Source: Glycera tridactyla
Taxonomy: Eukaryota
Length of the DNA stretch: 64,000 nucleotides
Assembly: GCA_965644265.1 (NCBI GenBank)
Contig: OZ286470.1
Span: forward strand, 80,290,001-80,354,000
Reading direction: 5' to 3'
This document shows positions 34,958 through 47,730 of the stretch, one piece after another. A model generated the notes under the pieces. It made no database searches, had not been told where the DNA came from, and saw only the letters and a program-made list of their open reading frames with translations. Position 1 is the first letter of the stretch. Each line of letters starts with the position of its first letter. The position numbers and the translations under genes were made by a program.

Positions 34958-35328
34958 AACATAGATTTGCTGGACTGAAGCATTTGCAGACAGCGACCAT
35001 GTTGTATCAGCTAGGATACACACCGCTGCAACCACAACTGGGCAATATATATCACCATTGTTGTAATACCAAGAAACCTGCGATGAGAGACCCTTCAATG
35101 AGAGACCACCTCTGATGGGAGACCGTACTTATAGGACAGCTTTTCTATTTGACACTTCGTGCAAACTTCAGAAATAATGTATAACGAAGGACATGATCAC
35201 TGTCTTCGATTGCTTATGTCCAAATCTTTTTAGCCATTTCAGATGATGATTTTTCAGTTTCTTAAGCTATCAATGAAATTGATCACCGTCTTTGTCTTGG
35301 TAGGGCCATAATGCCAGCATACAACATA

Positions 35329-35677
35329 CAGTCGAACCTGCTCTAAAGACCACTTCTCTATAAAGACCACCTCTCTATAAAGACTGCCCTGAGCTGCGAC
35401 CGCGGTAGTATTTTCAACAGTAAATGACCTCCTGCCTATAAAGACCACTTTTTGATGCGACCGAAGGTGGTCTTTATAGACAGGTTCGACTGTAATAGGT
35501 GATGAAGAATGCAAGCACAGTAATACCCTTCTTGGGAGAACTTCCCAAATGTCAACCACAAGCGGTCTCTCAAAAGAGGTGGTCTCTCATTGGAGGTATA
35601 TTTGATTATGCCAAATAAAAAAGAACCAAAGAAAAGCAGTCTCCCAAAAGAGGGGTCTCTCAAAATATGTTTCACTG
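35329..35677. mobile_element. Adjacent MITE B (35329-35492) and MITE A (35518-35677)
   Basis: TIRs and internal motifs. Confidence 0.8.
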
Positions 35678-36029
35678 TATAATCAAATCTCCTGAAAGAT
35701 TGTGATTGTACCTACATTTTTTACCATAGAAAAGGTAGGGTAATGTGATAATGACGAATTCCCAGCACCCTTTGATGTTCAAATTCAGGAGAGTGAATTT
35801 ATTTTCTAGAGAGTGTTGTGAAGACTGGTAGTTCCTTGGTAACCTGGTTCACTTATGTCATAAGAATGCCCTGGTTCTCTGGCAACGATATTCATATAGT
35901 TCTGTCAAATCCGTTCTGAGCAGCCACCTTTAGGGAAGGCAAAAATTCCAACTTATCCGTCATATTCAAGTGAGCAACTATCTAAATAACAGCAACCCAT
36001 AAGATTCATTCTTCAGAATCAAACATGTA

Positions 36030-36139
36030 CAATAGAACAGAACCTGTATTCAGCAACCACCCTCAGGAAGCTAAAAAGTGGTTGCTGCGTAAGACAGGTG
36101 GTTGTTGAATACAGTGGTTGCTCAATACAGGTTCCACCG
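36030..36139. mobile_element. Short TA-MITE variant with CAACCAC/GTGGTTG repeats (family G)
   Basis: GAACCTGTATT...AATACAGGTTCC with repeated GTGGTTG. Confidence 0.6.
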
Positions 36140-37925
36140 TACAAGTATAAAATATTGGTATTATCAGAATTTCAGCAAATCATCCCACGACTGGTGGGAA
36201 GAGATGCCTGCAATGAGCAGGTAGATTTCCAAGGTGGGCAGGAGGTAGATTTTAGATTTACCTGCCCAATGTACAGATGGAAAATGAACATATGTGGACA
36301 GGTAGATTTGAAATATACCTACCCATTGGATGGGTGGATATGTTTCATGTCTTCACGCCCCGCCGATGGGTATATTTCTGTAACATGTGTATCATGCTGA
36401 TCTGTCCATTTCATCCTATGTATACAGTGACACCCGCAACAAGAGACCCCTGACCAGAGACCATCTCCGATGGGAGACAGCTTCTCCAGGGCAACCTTCC
36501 TATTTGAGATAGTTAAATATACCTCTGACGAGAAACCATCTCTTTTGTGAAACCACATTTTGGCGACATTTAGGACGGTCACTCGCTGCAGTTTTCACTC
36601 TACATACACACATCTTAAAAGTTTCTAGTTCATGTTTTTCTTCAACTCCTCAATTTGCATCCAATGGTAAACCAGTCATGAAAATCAGTAGACATCCATT
36701 ATTAAATGGTCAACAATTTATTTCAGCATCACCCCTCTCAAGTAATTGAGTAATTTGAAAGGAAAAAGATTTTAATGGTTTGTGTGCGAAGGATAATTGA
36801 CATCTAATTTAAGTGATCAAGCCTAATAGACAGCGTGTGGGTTAAGTGAGCATACAGCGCTCCGCTGGTATTTTATTGTGATTGTCTGGACTCTGGCCCC
36901 TGCCTTATTGAATGATGATCATTTTCCAACACACGCACATGCATGCGTACATGCATGATGCCCACAGACACGCACACAAACACACACACGCACACACACA
37001 CGCATGCAGACACACACAATCCATCTCAACACCAGGTCATGGAATAAGACTACCTCCTCGCCATGTTTATCGTCTGTTGATGAATAAACTCTATCCAGAA
37101 AATTCTCCGCATCAGTTTTTGATGAAACAGAATCTGCACTAGTGTTGGCAATCGGTTGCATTTTGAGAATCAGTCATCAGTTGACCAAACGTGGCAATAA
37201 CTGAATGTACAGTGAAACCTGCAATGAGAGACCCTCTGACAAGACCACCTCTGACGGGAGACCGCTTTTTCGAGGCAGCTTTCCTTTTTGACATAGTCAA
37301 ATATACCTCCGACAAGAGACCATCACTTTTGAGAGACCACTTTTTGGTGACATTCAGGGCGGTCTCCCGTCACAGTTTTCACTGTAATTGGTTCACAGTA
37401 TTGGCACCACCAACTTTTCATGAGCGTTTTGTCTCCAGAATCATACATATTCACAGGTGTATGCAGAGCAGTCTCCTAATGAATAGGGTTTGTTTTCAGT
37501 GGAACAAGATTGTAGCACTTTGTCTCGACAGGAAATCCTTTGTTTTTTTTTACCAAAAAGATTGGATTTCCCATTGCAATATGTGTGCTGACTGTGTTCT
37601 GATTGAATCAATTCCACAATTGGTTGCCATAATTTGCCAGCAAGATACTCTCGCAGGTATTTGGACATCAATGGAAAAATCCTAATTGTTATGTATTCAT
37701 TTGTATTTTATATACTCACTGTAAGAAATCATGACTTCTATGGATGAATCATGACTTTTCATTCAAATCGTGTCAGTGATATGTTGCATGGGCAAAGGTC
37801 CTTTCACAGACACATGCATGCACAAAGTCACTATTATGATTAATTTCATGTCAGTGACATGATGCATAGGCAACAGGTCGATGAAATGTGTCAAATGCCC
37901 AAGCCCATATTTGGGGTTTCATACA

Positions 37926-38012
37926 GGGTTTGAACCCCCGACCTCTGACATAAGGCACCCATTGCCAGCAACACACTGTCAGTGCTCCTCAATGCTACTC
38001 TACTGAGGCACC
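37926..38012 (-). mobile_element. tRNA-like SINE head
   Basis: The minus strand reads CCTCAGTAGAGTAG...GGGGGTTCAAACCC (A/B boxes). Confidence 0.45.
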
Positions 38013-38098
38013 CCACAAAAAGGGGAGCTCATGAGCAGCTATGAGGCTAACACTGACAATGCGTCAACCCCAGCGGTCATGGAATTATGATACATGCA

Positions 38099-38229
38099 NN
38101 NNNNNNNNNNNNNNNNNNNNNNNNNNNNNNNNNNNNNNNNNNNNNNNNNNNNNNNNNNNNNNNNNNNNNNNNNNNNNNNNNNNNNNNNNNNNNNNNNNNN
38201 NNNNNNNNNNNNNNNNNNNNNNNNNNNNN
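38099..38229. other. Assembly gap (N run)
   Basis: Direct reading. Confidence 1.
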
Positions 38230-39349
38230 TACATGGTCTAATGATACTTGAGACATGAGTCTGTGCTTGATCACTACACAGTCCGAGTCAATGGACATCA
38301 ATAGTTAATCCACTTCTTCACAAGAGTGTTTAAAATAACTGACCCCTTATGATCCAAGTTAAACATTAACACTCACTTAATCCACTTTACACGTGTGTTT
38401 GTCAATGAGCGACCCTTTATTGCTCACATCCATACACATTAACAAAATCCAAGGCTTGGTATCCCACTGATGACCTGTCCGACTCAGCTGTTCATGGTGT
38501 TGCTGAGATGATAAACTGATGAATATATTCAAGAAGATTGAACATGCATTTGTGAATGAAATGGTCATTTGGTGCATTTCTAGCCCTGTCACTTTCATAT
38601 AGTGAAACCTGCAAGGAGAGACCCCCCGACGAGAGACCACCTCCGACGGGAGACCACTTGTCCAGGGCGGCTTTTCTATTTGACATAGTCAAATATACCT
38701 CTGATGAGAGACCACCTCTTTTGAGAGACCACTTTTTGGTGACATTTAGAGCGGTCTCTCGTCGCAGGTTTCACTGTACTATCAAACACCTGACTGAGAG
38801 CTGCATGGGACACCAGAAATGTATGGCATGACTCACTCAGAATAGAGAGCTACGGTCACCTGGATGTATCATCCTTCAGTAAAAATACATCACTGCTGGG
38901 GCGATGTTATGATTGTAAAATTTGATCCAGTGAATGGTTTGTTTGGCATATCACATTCTCAGTTCAATTATTTTCACCAGAATGAGGATGCAACCTGCAG
39001 ACGCAAACTGACTCTTCAGAGTGAGTTCTGTGATGCATCATGTGAGTCCCAATATTGATGGAAGGTCGCCAGAAATGCATTTTACATCAAAAAGCCATTT
39101 CATTCACAGATACATACTCAGAAAGTAATGTCCATGATCTTATCATCCGATGGCGAGTCTAGCGTCTATTTTCGCACCGTCTACCCGCCCCCCTCGCCTC
39201 TGTGCTTTCATACCATAGCGCCGTTCGATTGTCGCGTCACGGCAATAAACAAACCCTTCCTCTCACTGTTTGAGCCTGTTAAATCATGTAATTTCACTCA
39301 AAAATCATGGTAAACGGCATAATAGATGGATATATCGGATGATAAGTTC

Positions 39350-39498
39350 AGAATGTCCCTTGTGCCGGGCATGGGCAGGCCGTAACTGCCTTGCTGCCTG
39401 CCCTAGGAAAGCACTCGTGGCCTGCGGCCACTCGAGCATTCCCGCGGCAGGCAACTCGGCAGTTACGTCATGCCCGTACCCGGCACTCGGGGCATTCT
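39350..39498. repeat. GC-rich imperfect palindrome (foldback, ~149 bp)
   Basis: The left arm AGAATGTCCCTTGTGCCGGGCATGGGCAGGCCGTAACTGCC pairs with the right arm GGCAGTTACGTCATGCCCGTACCCGGCACTCGGGGCATTCT. Confidence 0.85.
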
Positions 39499-39521
39499 TA
39501 CTAAATACTCATCAGCAAGTA

Positions 39522-39839
39522 CAGTCGAACCTCCTCTATAGACCACTTCCTATAAAGGCCACCCTGAGCCGCGACCGTAGTAGTATTTTCAACAGTCCAG
39601 TCAAACCTCCTCTAAAGACCACCTCTCTATAAAGACCAGCTCCCTATAAAGACCACCCTGAGCTGTGACCATGGGAGTATTTTCAACAGTGAATGACCTC
39701 CCTATAAAGACCACCTCCTTTTAAAGACCACTTTATAGAGAGGTTCGACTGTATATGACCTCTCTATAAAGACCACCACCCTCTATAAAGACCATTTTCT
39801 GATGTGACTGAAGGTAGTCTTCATAGAGAGGTTCAACTG
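39522..39839. mobile_element. MITE B nested in or fused with another MITE B
   Basis: Two left TIRs (39522, ~39597) and two right TIRs (~39750, ~39839). Confidence 0.75.
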
Positions 39840-40147
39840 TACTAACTGCCAACATGGCAGGTAGCATTTTCTCTCTCTCTCTCTCCCTCCCTCTCTCCCT
39901 TTTCTTCTCCTGTCTCTTTCTCTTCACACACACACACACACATGTTGATCAGTTCCCAAGCATTAATTCCCTGTGTGAACCTGGACACAATGAGGACAGG
40001 AAGGAATACAGTAGCAGTATAACATGATACAATGAATGCGACCACACTTACAGGTGTAGCGTGTATTTCATGACAACCTAACACCCCACTGAGGAACAAT
40101 GGCCGCATACATCATGCAAAGTGCACCGTATCAATAATGCTGTAGTA

Positions 40148-40297
40148 NNNNNNNNNNNNNNNNNNNNNNNNNNNNNNNNNNNNNNNNNNNNNNNNNNNNN
40201 NNNNNNNNNNNNNNNNNNNNNNNNNNNNNNNNNNNNNNNNNNNNNNNNNNNNNNNNNNNNNNNNNNNNNNNNNNNNNNNNNNNNNNNNNNNNNNNNN
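40148..40297. other. Assembly gap (N run)
   Basis: Direct reading. Confidence 1.
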
Positions 40298-41726
40298 ATT
40301 ACCAGATTCAACGGCCAACGGCCCCTAAAATTTTGAGAGGTTGTAATTTTCAAGTAATGCTCTGGAGAAATGCTTGCCCATCGCTATTTGCTCATCACAG
40401 GCATGCTCGTCACAGTTTCCACTGAATTAGAGCATGGATGTGATACGTTCAGGGATGTATTAGATGTTACTAATTGCATGTGATAATTCACACTTGGGTG
40501 AGAACTACTTTTTGCTGGCCCTACTTTCTTTTGAATTCATTTGAGACACAAACCATCTCATTCATTTTTCTGCTTTTATGTCTCTCGAGTTGGCAATGGT
40601 GATTTTCCAGATTGATGCCCAGCACGTCACATCAAGAACCAGCGATTCACCAGCCTGTATCACTATCCTTTGTTATGAACCGCTGCCAGCAATTAGGAGA
40701 AGTTCAACTGATTCCCACTGATCCATGTGATACAAGCAAGAACATACGGCAGCGAGGTAAAAATCTGATACCAAACCAGGCGCGAATTTCACCGACAAGG
40801 CCTTTAGCAATATACTCTTTCATTCATTCAGAATAGCTTCTCAGACCCCTGTCGGTTCACCCATCCCATGGCTAACTGCAGCCAAAGCCCTTTTATATTT
40901 GGGTCAAGTGTGAAGACGCTACCAGGCACCTTAAAACTGCACATGTGTAAGCAGAATGGAAAGAATACTATAATGAGTGAATGTGTGAGGTATTTAGGGA
41001 TGTGACTGGATACCACTGACTGTGAGAGGATTATTCGATGAGGCTAGCCTAGATAGTGAATAGCTGGCAGACAGCTTGTCCACAGATAGTAAGCCAAGAT
41101 AATTGAATCTTGGCACATTGTCTGTACCAGGCTGTAATATATTGGCACTATTTCTACCTCATCATTGGACCAACACCAAGCTGTCATTCCACTATTGTCT
41201 AAGAGTCCTCACACCCTATCCCTATTTCGGGCTAAAAATCCAGATTTCCTGACTTTGGAGAATTCTTATGCACCCTGATCTCATGACAAAAAAATGCATT
41301 TTCCCCAAATTCTCCAAATGGTCTGTTAGATATGGGACAACAATGGAATCATTCTAGTATTCTCAAGATTGCTGATGTGTGACCCCCCTCTTTAGTGTCT
41401 GTGAATTTCATAAACTTTCACCTTCTGTTGGGGACCCAGAAGGAGTCTTGAATGATCCCACACATGCCCATCACAATATAAGACAAATAGAGCTTGAGAG
41501 AAATGCACATGTTGTTTAAGAAATCGAAGACGTATTCACCTGGTCAAGTGATGTATGCACGCGTCCACAGAGACATACCGACAATAAGACACGTCATGTG
41601 ATTCACCATTCTCAGTGGGATTTTCCAACTTCGAAGGCTTTCAAATATTGAATTTAATTCATAAAGTGGGAAAGTCTCATAGCTGGGCCCCAGACCGCCT
41701 ACTCAGTCTATGTTGATTTGGTTTAT

Positions 41727-42070
41727 CAGTCTTCACGAAAAACTTTTTCAGCCACTCTCCCATCGGGAGAGCAGATTGGGAGAATCACTCTCCCGAAAAT
41801 GAATTCACTCTCCCGAATTTGTCCCACTAATATATATTTTCCTGAGGTTAGTTCTTCAGGATTCATACATGTGCAGGCAAATGCAAAGCCTAGGGATTAT
41901 TGTTGGTGTAATCAAAATTGTGGTGTTCTGTCTTCACGGAAAATCCATCACTCTCACATCAACTGAAAAATTCCCACTCTCCCATCGGGATAGTGAGTTG
42001 GAAGTTCCACTCTCCCAAAATCAAATCCACTCTGCCCAGGGATTTGGGAGAGTGCTAAATTCGAAGACTG
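41727..42070. mobile_element. Non-autonomous TIR element with 6-bp TSD
   Basis: CAGTCTTC...GAAGACTG flanked by GTTTAT on both sides; many CACTCTCCC repeats. Confidence 0.85.
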
Positions 42071-42669
42071 GTTTATATACATCAGCCAGGAAAATATAGT
42101 CATGATGACTTTCCAAGTCAAGCCAATACATAATTTCAGAGTTCAATGCTCAGAGTCTTTGCAGAATAAATCATAATAAATCAACCAGTGAAAGAGTGTC
42201 TAATCCAGAGTACCCCAGGGGGCGTTGGGGTGAATCGACACACAGACCTGACAGAATGCCCCTTGTTTCTGGATTGAGGGGCACATTTCACCCCATCAGA
42301 AAGCCCAATTGATGCAGTTGAATGACATTGTCTATTCTGTTTCCTGGGTAGTTGTTTTCACCTGGCTACAGTACCAAGCACATTTCTTCCATTTATTTGA
42401 ATCATTGTGCCATCGCCTGGAAAATTCCCCCCGCCCTTGAAAAATCCCCCCTATTATCCTGAAAATGCCCCCTTTTTTCAGAGTGCGGGTCATTTCCCCA
42501 CAAAGTAAATATCTAGATTAGACACTGGTGAAAGAGAGAGAATCATTATCTTGAGTAATATTTGCCTAGAATGTAAAATCTGCATTGGGGCGTTTGCTGG
42601 TTTCAATTTATCAGAACTACAAGGAATATGACCCACTTGAAATGTCAAAGGTGACGGTTAAACTCAACA

Positions 42670-42866
42670 CAGTGAAACCTGTCTCTCTGTTGATGGTGGA
42701 TTGTCGCCGGTGGAAATAGCCGTATGGTCGAATGAACATCATCATCATCATAATCAGTATAGCGGTAGTCTCCTGTTGAGGTATGTTTGATTCTTTTAAA
42801 CAGGGAAGCTGCTCATGAGATTGGGTATACCGTCAGATGTGATCTCTCATCGCAGGATTCACTGTA
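42670..42866. mobile_element. MITE A containing a short retroposed 3' end with (CAT)n tail (~42690-42752)
   Basis: TIR ends present; the insert ends GAATGAA(CAT)4-5. Confidence 0.6.
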
Positions 42867-42898
42867 CAATTGATCTACTGGTCGGCACAGTCAAATAG

Positions 42899-43045
42899 TT
42901 AAAATTGAGACATGCCTACAACCAAATTAAAACTGAGACATGCCTAAAACCAAATTAAAACTGAGACATGTCTACAACCAAATTAAAACTGAGACATGCC
43001 TACAACCAAATCGAAACTGAGACATGCCTACAACCAAATTAAAAC
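42899..43045. repeat. 28-bp minisatellite, ~5.3 copies
   Basis: Unit TTAAAACTGAGACATGCCTACAACCAAA. Confidence 0.95.
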
Positions 43046-43207
43046 CCGAATTTATTCTGTGACATGGGCAATATCACCGATGATATCCAGAATGCACAAC
43101 TCCACATTGAAGGATTCTGTTAAATTAATGGGAGCCATGTCACCAGACAAGTTGAACTGGTTCGAAATTGTTGATCTTTTTGATCCTGCACATGCATATT
43201 TGATGTA

Positions 43208-44627
43208 CAGTAAAACCTGCTAGAGCGCGATCCTGTGTACAACGAAATCCTGTCTACAGCGCATACTCCACGGTCCGCCCGAACGTTGTTTCACTATAAT
43301 TGTCCTGTATATAGCGAAAACCTGTCTAACGCGAACAACGGGACGCCTTTTTCGGTCCCGTGAAGCCTTTCGTCCTGTATATAGCGAAAAGCAAAGTTGA
43401 CATCAACTCACCCGTGAGCAATTCTACAAAGTTCCGCTCGCAAATCTCGAGGTGAGATGACTTCGTTCATGGTTTTCGCAGCTCCCCCCATCTCTGATAA
43501 TGTGAGCAAGTCTAGATTCGCGCGAAAAGCGAAGTTGACATCAACTCATACGTGAGCAATTCTACAGCATCCCCCTCGCGAATCTTGAGGCGCGAAAAGC
43601 GAAGTTGACATCAACTCACCCGTGAGCAATTCTACAGCGTTACACTCACGAATCTCGAGGTGCGATGACTTCGTTCACGGTTTCCACAGGACAAGTGCCT
43701 TGATACATCAAAGACAATCGTGTAGAGAAGCCAATTTGAGGCTTATCCCGGCTATTGTTGGTTCGTTCGCGCCTTCATACTTCAATGATTCACAGGTCCA
43801 ATCCATGTTGAGGCGATCTCCACCACGGAAAACACGTGTGAAAGCCGAATGAGGATGTATTTCGCAACGAAAACGAAAGGCTGGCTTTTCCAATAGCGCC
43901 ATAGGCCATTGGTTGGTGACAAGGCTGGCATCTCCGGAGATACGTCATATATAGGTCAGATAAATTGGCTTTTTCTCGAGGTTCCACAAGAAATGATGAC
44001 GTAGTAGGCCGGGATCTCCATCCGCACAAAGAATCGTGATGATGACTTGGGGTTTCCCCAGGAATCACCACAAGAAATGATGACGTAAGTAGGCCGGTAA
44101 AACCGGGATCTCCGTAAAGAACTGTGGGTGTCTAGACTCCGAGAAGAAGGCCCCAAAATCTGCAAATGGCACTTCACAACGCTGGTCTTCATCATGGATT
44201 TACAGGCAATTTAAGCGCTCAAACGAATATATCTTATTGAAATTCGCGATGAAAGACAAGCAGTGTGGAACGAACACAGGGAATTCCACCACCGCCGTCT
44301 TGATTTTCACTCACTTTTTGCTTGCGACGCAAATTTTTCACCTCGCCATTACGAAAAAACTATATGATATAAAATCAAACTGTTTCCGTGGTGTACTGCG
44401 CAATATTCTCAGGATTCGTTTGATATATGGTTTGTTCAGATATGACTTGTATTTATGTTGTGGTGTGAACACAAAGGCGGCAAGTTGGATCTCTTCGGAT
44501 TGAATTCAGATTCAGCAAGATCGTATTTTTTCAGCAACATGTGAAAATCCTGTTCCCAACGAGATCCTGTCTACAGCGCGAAATAAATGTTGGTCCCGCG
44601 ACTTTTCGCTGTAGAGAGGTTTCACTG
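43208..44627. mobile_element. 1.42-kb non-autonomous TA-TSD element (family D), the long relative of MITE C
   Basis: TA|CAGTAAAACCT...AGGTTTCACTG|TA. The ends align with MITE C. Interior has GAAAAGCGAAGTTGACATCAACTCA x3 and no transposase ORF. Confidence 0.85.
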
Positions 44628-44936
44628 TATCAGCTGTACACAAAAATGTATTCGATCCAGGTGGCAGAATTATCATTGACCTAAGAAAGCGAGTGGGGCG
44701 ACATCATCGACAGACGAAGATAAGCTAATGAATATATCTGCAGTGTAATCTTCTCGTCATCCAAGGAGACATTGTGGTCTTAAACTCTCAGCAAAAATGC
44801 GCCCAGATTGAATGAGATGAGAGACATGCCCATGTGCGTCCCTCTGGATGCAACATCAACCCAGTATCTGGAATTATTATCTAATTACCTGGAGGTTGTG
44901 GGTTGATATTATTTGAATGAGGTGGCTTCAAACTGA

Positions 44937-45496
44937 TGCTGCGTTTACACATAGCCGGTTTTGCCACAGGTCATGATACGATTGCTGATCATATAACACC
45001 GGGGTGGCTTTCGTCTATTTTTACCATCTCCATGAAGATGATGGGAGGAGAATAGGGATGGCAGCAGGAAATGACACGTTCCAGGTGAGGGTTTGATAGG
45101 AATGTGATCTGTTTGTGTCATGCTGATGACTAGTGTTTGACGGGAGAGACAAGGAAACGATCAGGAAAGGGGAAGGTTGTGACCAGAACATATCTGCTCA
45201 CCATCACCTACAATGATTGCCGACGGTTGAGGCACGGCATTGATACGTACGAGATAGGGAAGCCCGGGGAATGATGCGTACACTGATGGTAATGATGCTT
45301 ACATGAAACGGGCAATTTGTCCGTATCGCGGTTTTTGCTCTCGATCAAAAACCTTGATACGGTTAAAATGACCAGCCCGGTCTATAACGTACATGATACG
45401 AAGTTGATGCGGACATAATACGGTAGAGCTGGATGTGAGCAGGAACGATGTCCGTATCATGTCCGGCAGCAAAACCGCATATGTGTAAACGCAGCA
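44937..45496. mobile_element. PIF/Harbinger-type MITE
   Basis: TIR TGCTGCGTTTACACAT; 3-bp TGA (TNA) TSD. Confidence 0.8.
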
Positions 45497-45734
45497 TGAT
45501 GTGAGCTCAAGACTGGCAGATGTGTGTGATTGGTGAGGTCCACATGCAATTTCAATGACTCGGCATTTGTCATGCAAAGGTTTGCTTTCATTTCATTTGC
45601 ATCCCTCTGTTGAAACTGGTGAATTGTCAGTAACAAATTATGTGAGAAACCATAGGCTTGTAGCAACTGCCTTCAAAATGTTAAAATTGGCAAATTTGGC
45701 CACCAGATCACATTTGTGGCTGGAGATTGGCTAG

Positions 45735-45960
45735 TTGGTTGGTTCTGGTTCAAGGTCACCGCAGCACCACCTGGGATATATTGTGATGCACAATCAATGG
45801 GCATCAGTGGGATCTTCCAAGACTACCCCTTCTGGGTCCCAAACGGAAGGTGAAATTTTATGAATTTCACAGACACTCAAGGTATCATTTCTGGGATGCC
45901 CAATTAGTCGCCTCTGACGACATGTAGGGAAACATGGGGCCTATTCTTCCCCGGGCATCC
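45735..45960 (-). mobile_element. SINE, a longer copy of 18130-18278
   Basis: Same 3' body and (CCAA)n tail, plus an upstream GTCGTCAGAGGCGACTAA block at 45904-45921. Confidence 0.7.
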
Positions 45961-46403
45961 CACAGGGGGGTGGGGAGGGGGAGGGGGTTGCTGCTGGAGA
46001 TATTGGTCATTCTGTTTCAATCTGGTGAAAATTTCCGAATGGAATTGAAAAGCATACCTGTCAGCTCAAATCATACCAGGTCATTTCAGACTTGAAGGGA
46101 CATCCTAACACTGAGACAGACACATGGTAATTTTTGGACCATTTCTTGAAAATTATTACTTCAATCACCTCAAGAGTCTCTCCTCAGCTCTGTGATCGAC
46201 AGAAATTGCAAGAAGATGGGGAGAACACAATCATCTTAATGAAAATACAAGCAATATTTAGTCTGAAGAATTCACTATGCCTGAAACGTTACTCTTTAGC
46301 ACACTCTCCAACGTGTACCATGGTGCATATGACAGAGTTCAGTCTTTCACGGAAACCAAGTAAAATCCACAAATGTAATGCAAATAACTCATGAATTATA
46401 CTT

Positions 46404-46601
46404 TGATAGCTCACCTGTGACAGCTTGTTTGGCCGAAAATCCCTCCCAGAATGACAGGTTAACTTCCCATGGCCACATTGTCCTGGGCGTCATTTGCGAT
46501 GTGCCATCGGCATCCGCATCAGCAGAGTGTGCAGCCAGCAACTCCTGCATCATGGCCGCGTTGTTATCGGGGACGTGCACGCAACTCGTATCCTGAGACA
46601 T
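46404..46601 (-). CDS. Candidate coding exon (MSQDTSCVHVPDNNAAMMQELLAAH...FSAKQAVT)
   Basis: Open frame ending at CAG|GTGAGC in phase 1; CpG-rich. It could instead be a TE relic. Confidence 0.3.
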
Positions 46602-46859
46602 ACTCCTAACAACGGGAGCCTGCTGGTATCCACATATGACAGGATGCGATCACCAGTTAATATTTGATGGAGTCACTGGAAGCTGAACTGCATCGTTATT
46701 GAACCGTCCACGGATATCATGCCGACACTCGGCATTGCGTTTGGAACCATGATGAAGTCATGAGATCATGATCAGGACATCCATTAATCTATGTCTATAT
46801 GAGATCCCCATCAGAAGAGAATCAGTCGTGTCAGCCAGGACAACTTATACTCACTCTAA

Positions 46860-47730
46860 TATCAAAACCTGGAGATTCAGGAAGAACGAAAGCTTTCAAT
46901 ATGGACACCTCATCCTCATACTTTGCATAGCGCACTCTTTCAAAATTCTTGGCATCTGTATCTAAGCTTGCTCCGGTAGATGCTTTCCCATCAAACTTGA
47001 AAGCTTACTGAGGAATGAGTTCAAAATCTATTTCTTCTTAATGTAAGCTATGTGTAAGTCCCCCACCCCTCCCCCACTAAGCTAAATTGTTTTGCAATGC
47101 TTGGTGATGCTCCTACCTGGATGGGTGACCAGGATTCACTGGGCCAGTCATTCAAAACTGGATTCATACACTCTGTTCCCAGGAGGAGGCATAAAAGTTA
47201 GATAAGTGAGTGGAAACTCCCATAGTGTCAACTACTTTCCGTTTCTTTTTCTTCAATCAACTAGCTCCCTTCACTGTGGTAGTTATCTCCATGGAGCATG
47301 GAGTCAAATGGAAAACACTTTCTTTTTAAAATTATGGTAGCAGTATAATCCACATATTCCTTGCTCTTTTGGTCCACCAGTATCTCATGGTATGGATCGG
47401 AAGACCTGGCTTTTCAATCCCTGTTAACAATGGATGAAAAGAGGATGGCCCGTTGTTTTGAGGTCTATTATTCTCTTAGTTCATAGGCCAGAAAACCTGG
47501 AGGTTTGAACAGACTGATTATTTCATCATACAGCCTCTCCATTTCTAGGCAAAATGGCTGAAAGAATTACATGCATCCATCATCGACCTTTGCAGTGGAT
47601 GGCCTTTGCAGGGGTTTAACTGTAGTCTTTGGGTAATGTAACCTTGCATGACCATGGGCAAAAAGCATTTTAAAATCAAAATAGAATTATTTATGTCTTC
47701 ATGATCAATAAAAACTATATCTGAACCCAT
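46860..47730 (-). pseudogene. Decayed pogo/Tigger-like (DDE_1) transposase
   Basis: Collinear remnants LPMVMQG, MMD...F..HF, LHGDNYHS, STHL, THPGRSITK, LIPQ*AF and KNFERVRY, with many stops and frameshifts. Confidence 0.5.

Larger units (their letters stand above)
36425..38776. mobile_element. Three separate MITE A copies: 36425-36600, 37210-37384, 38600-38776
   Basis: Each ~176 bp with CAGTGA..CC TIRs and GAGACC repeats. The span is an envelope only. Confidence 0.8.

Noticed and set aside
45960-45990. G-quadruplex-like G tracts (also poly-C/G runs at ~29040, ~47975, ~58012, ~62833)
   Set aside because: These are simple low-complexity runs with nothing linking them to a function.
46855-47003. 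Apparent host exon (FKFDGKASTG...PGFDIR|GTGAGT)
   Set aside because: The best acceptor puts TAA in frame, and the segment continues the decayed pogo-like transposase frame upstream.
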